Shown piece by piece: positions 63,386 through 64,000 of a stretch of DNA of 64,000 bases (positions are counted from its first letter, which is position 1; every line of letters begins with the position of its first letter). The position numbers and the translations under genes are program-made. The notes under the pieces are model-generated. The model had not been told where the DNA came from and did not search any database. It saw only the letters and a program-made list of their open reading frames with translations. Source of the DNA: an uncultured Chroococcidiopsis sp. (GTDB taxonomy: Bacteria > Cyanobacteriota > Cyanobacteriia > Cyanobacteriales > Chroococcidiopsidaceae); NCBI GenBank assembly GCA_964248365.1, contig CAXTYC010000009.1:1-64000 (forward strand), given 5' to 3'.

Positions 63386-64000
63386 ATGGCTCAAATTGTC
63401 TGCCTCGCAAATTCCAAGAAACATGGCGATCGCTGCATTGCAGGTATTGAAACCTCTACAGGTAAATGGATTCGCCCCGTATCGAATTTAGATGACGGGC
63501 GGGTTCCTATAAATATGTGTTTAGTTGATGGTGAAGAACCATTACCATTAGATATCTTAGAAATTCCTCTAGCAACCACTGGTTCTGGCTACGAGTGTGA
63601 AAATCGTTCGATATTACCTGGAAGATGGCAGCGAGTAGGAAGAGCTTTGCCGACAGATTTAGTTCATTAATGTGAACAAAAAATTATTCATAGTCAATGG
63701 CTCAATGCTGTTCCTTTTTCCTTTCTACAATCCCTGCCGCTTCATCAAAGACGTACATTACAGCTTATTAGAACAACTAGACTTAATGTGACTCTGTACC
63801 AAGATACAGGAAAGTGGGAAGTTTCTTTGCCAACAGTTAATGGACAACGAATGAAAGCTAAAATTACAGACTTGCATTTTATTGCCTAATTAAACCAAGG
63901 TAACATTATAGAAAATGAATGTTTGGTTACTATTAGCTTAGGGCAACCCTGGCGCAAGACTAATACAGATGAATTATCTTGTTGGAAATTAATAGCAGGC
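63386..64000 (+). pseudogene. Dual OB-fold domain gene with two in-frame TAA stops (runs off the window)
   Basis: IVCLANSKKHGDRCIAG..WIRPV. The same frame continues past TAA 63668-70 and TAA 63887-89 to KITD..TISLG..CWKLIAG. Confidence 0.75.

Noticed and set aside
21638..64000. TAA recoding suggested by in-frame TAA in the KGK and dual-OB genes
   Set aside because: Many intact core genes here terminate at TAA, so ordinary nonsense mutation is simpler.
1..64000. Over-represented GCGATCGC octamer
   Set aside because: This is the well-known cyanobacterial HIP1; it is useful for taxonomy but not novel.

Overview
A 64-kb stretch of cyanobacterial chromosome, judged from abundant HIP1 GCGATCGC octamers, heptameric STRR tracts and REP-like palindromes. 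It opens with the 3' end of an IS1 element. Next is a 13-kb convergent cluster: a sigma-70-like factor, DUF1822, a CHAT-CHASE2 membrane protease and DUF928 on +, facing a TPR protein with a CxxC..CxxC tail, TpsA, TpsB and an exported TPR-CHAT protease on -. The middle is mostly core genes: desC, a ProA paralog lacking the catalytic Cys, moaA, ccsA, two sensor kinases, pstCAB, bioY-lspA, an FHA-PBP1A, apt, TolC, rbfA and a Dam-type methylase. Several features are missing from the ORF track: a KGK pseudogene, a deleted coiled-coil/OmpA operon relic, a DUF6888-like gene with a non-ATG start, and a 48-aa ribbon-helix-helix gene. The right end has a TnpA-less TnpB element with a divergent RHH gene, inserted at the start codon of a GNAT gene. 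It is followed by a DUF488-DUF488-dual-OB operon whose third gene has in-frame stops. No rRNA, tRNA or CRISPR array was seen. All family assignments come from motif recognition by eye, with no database searches.
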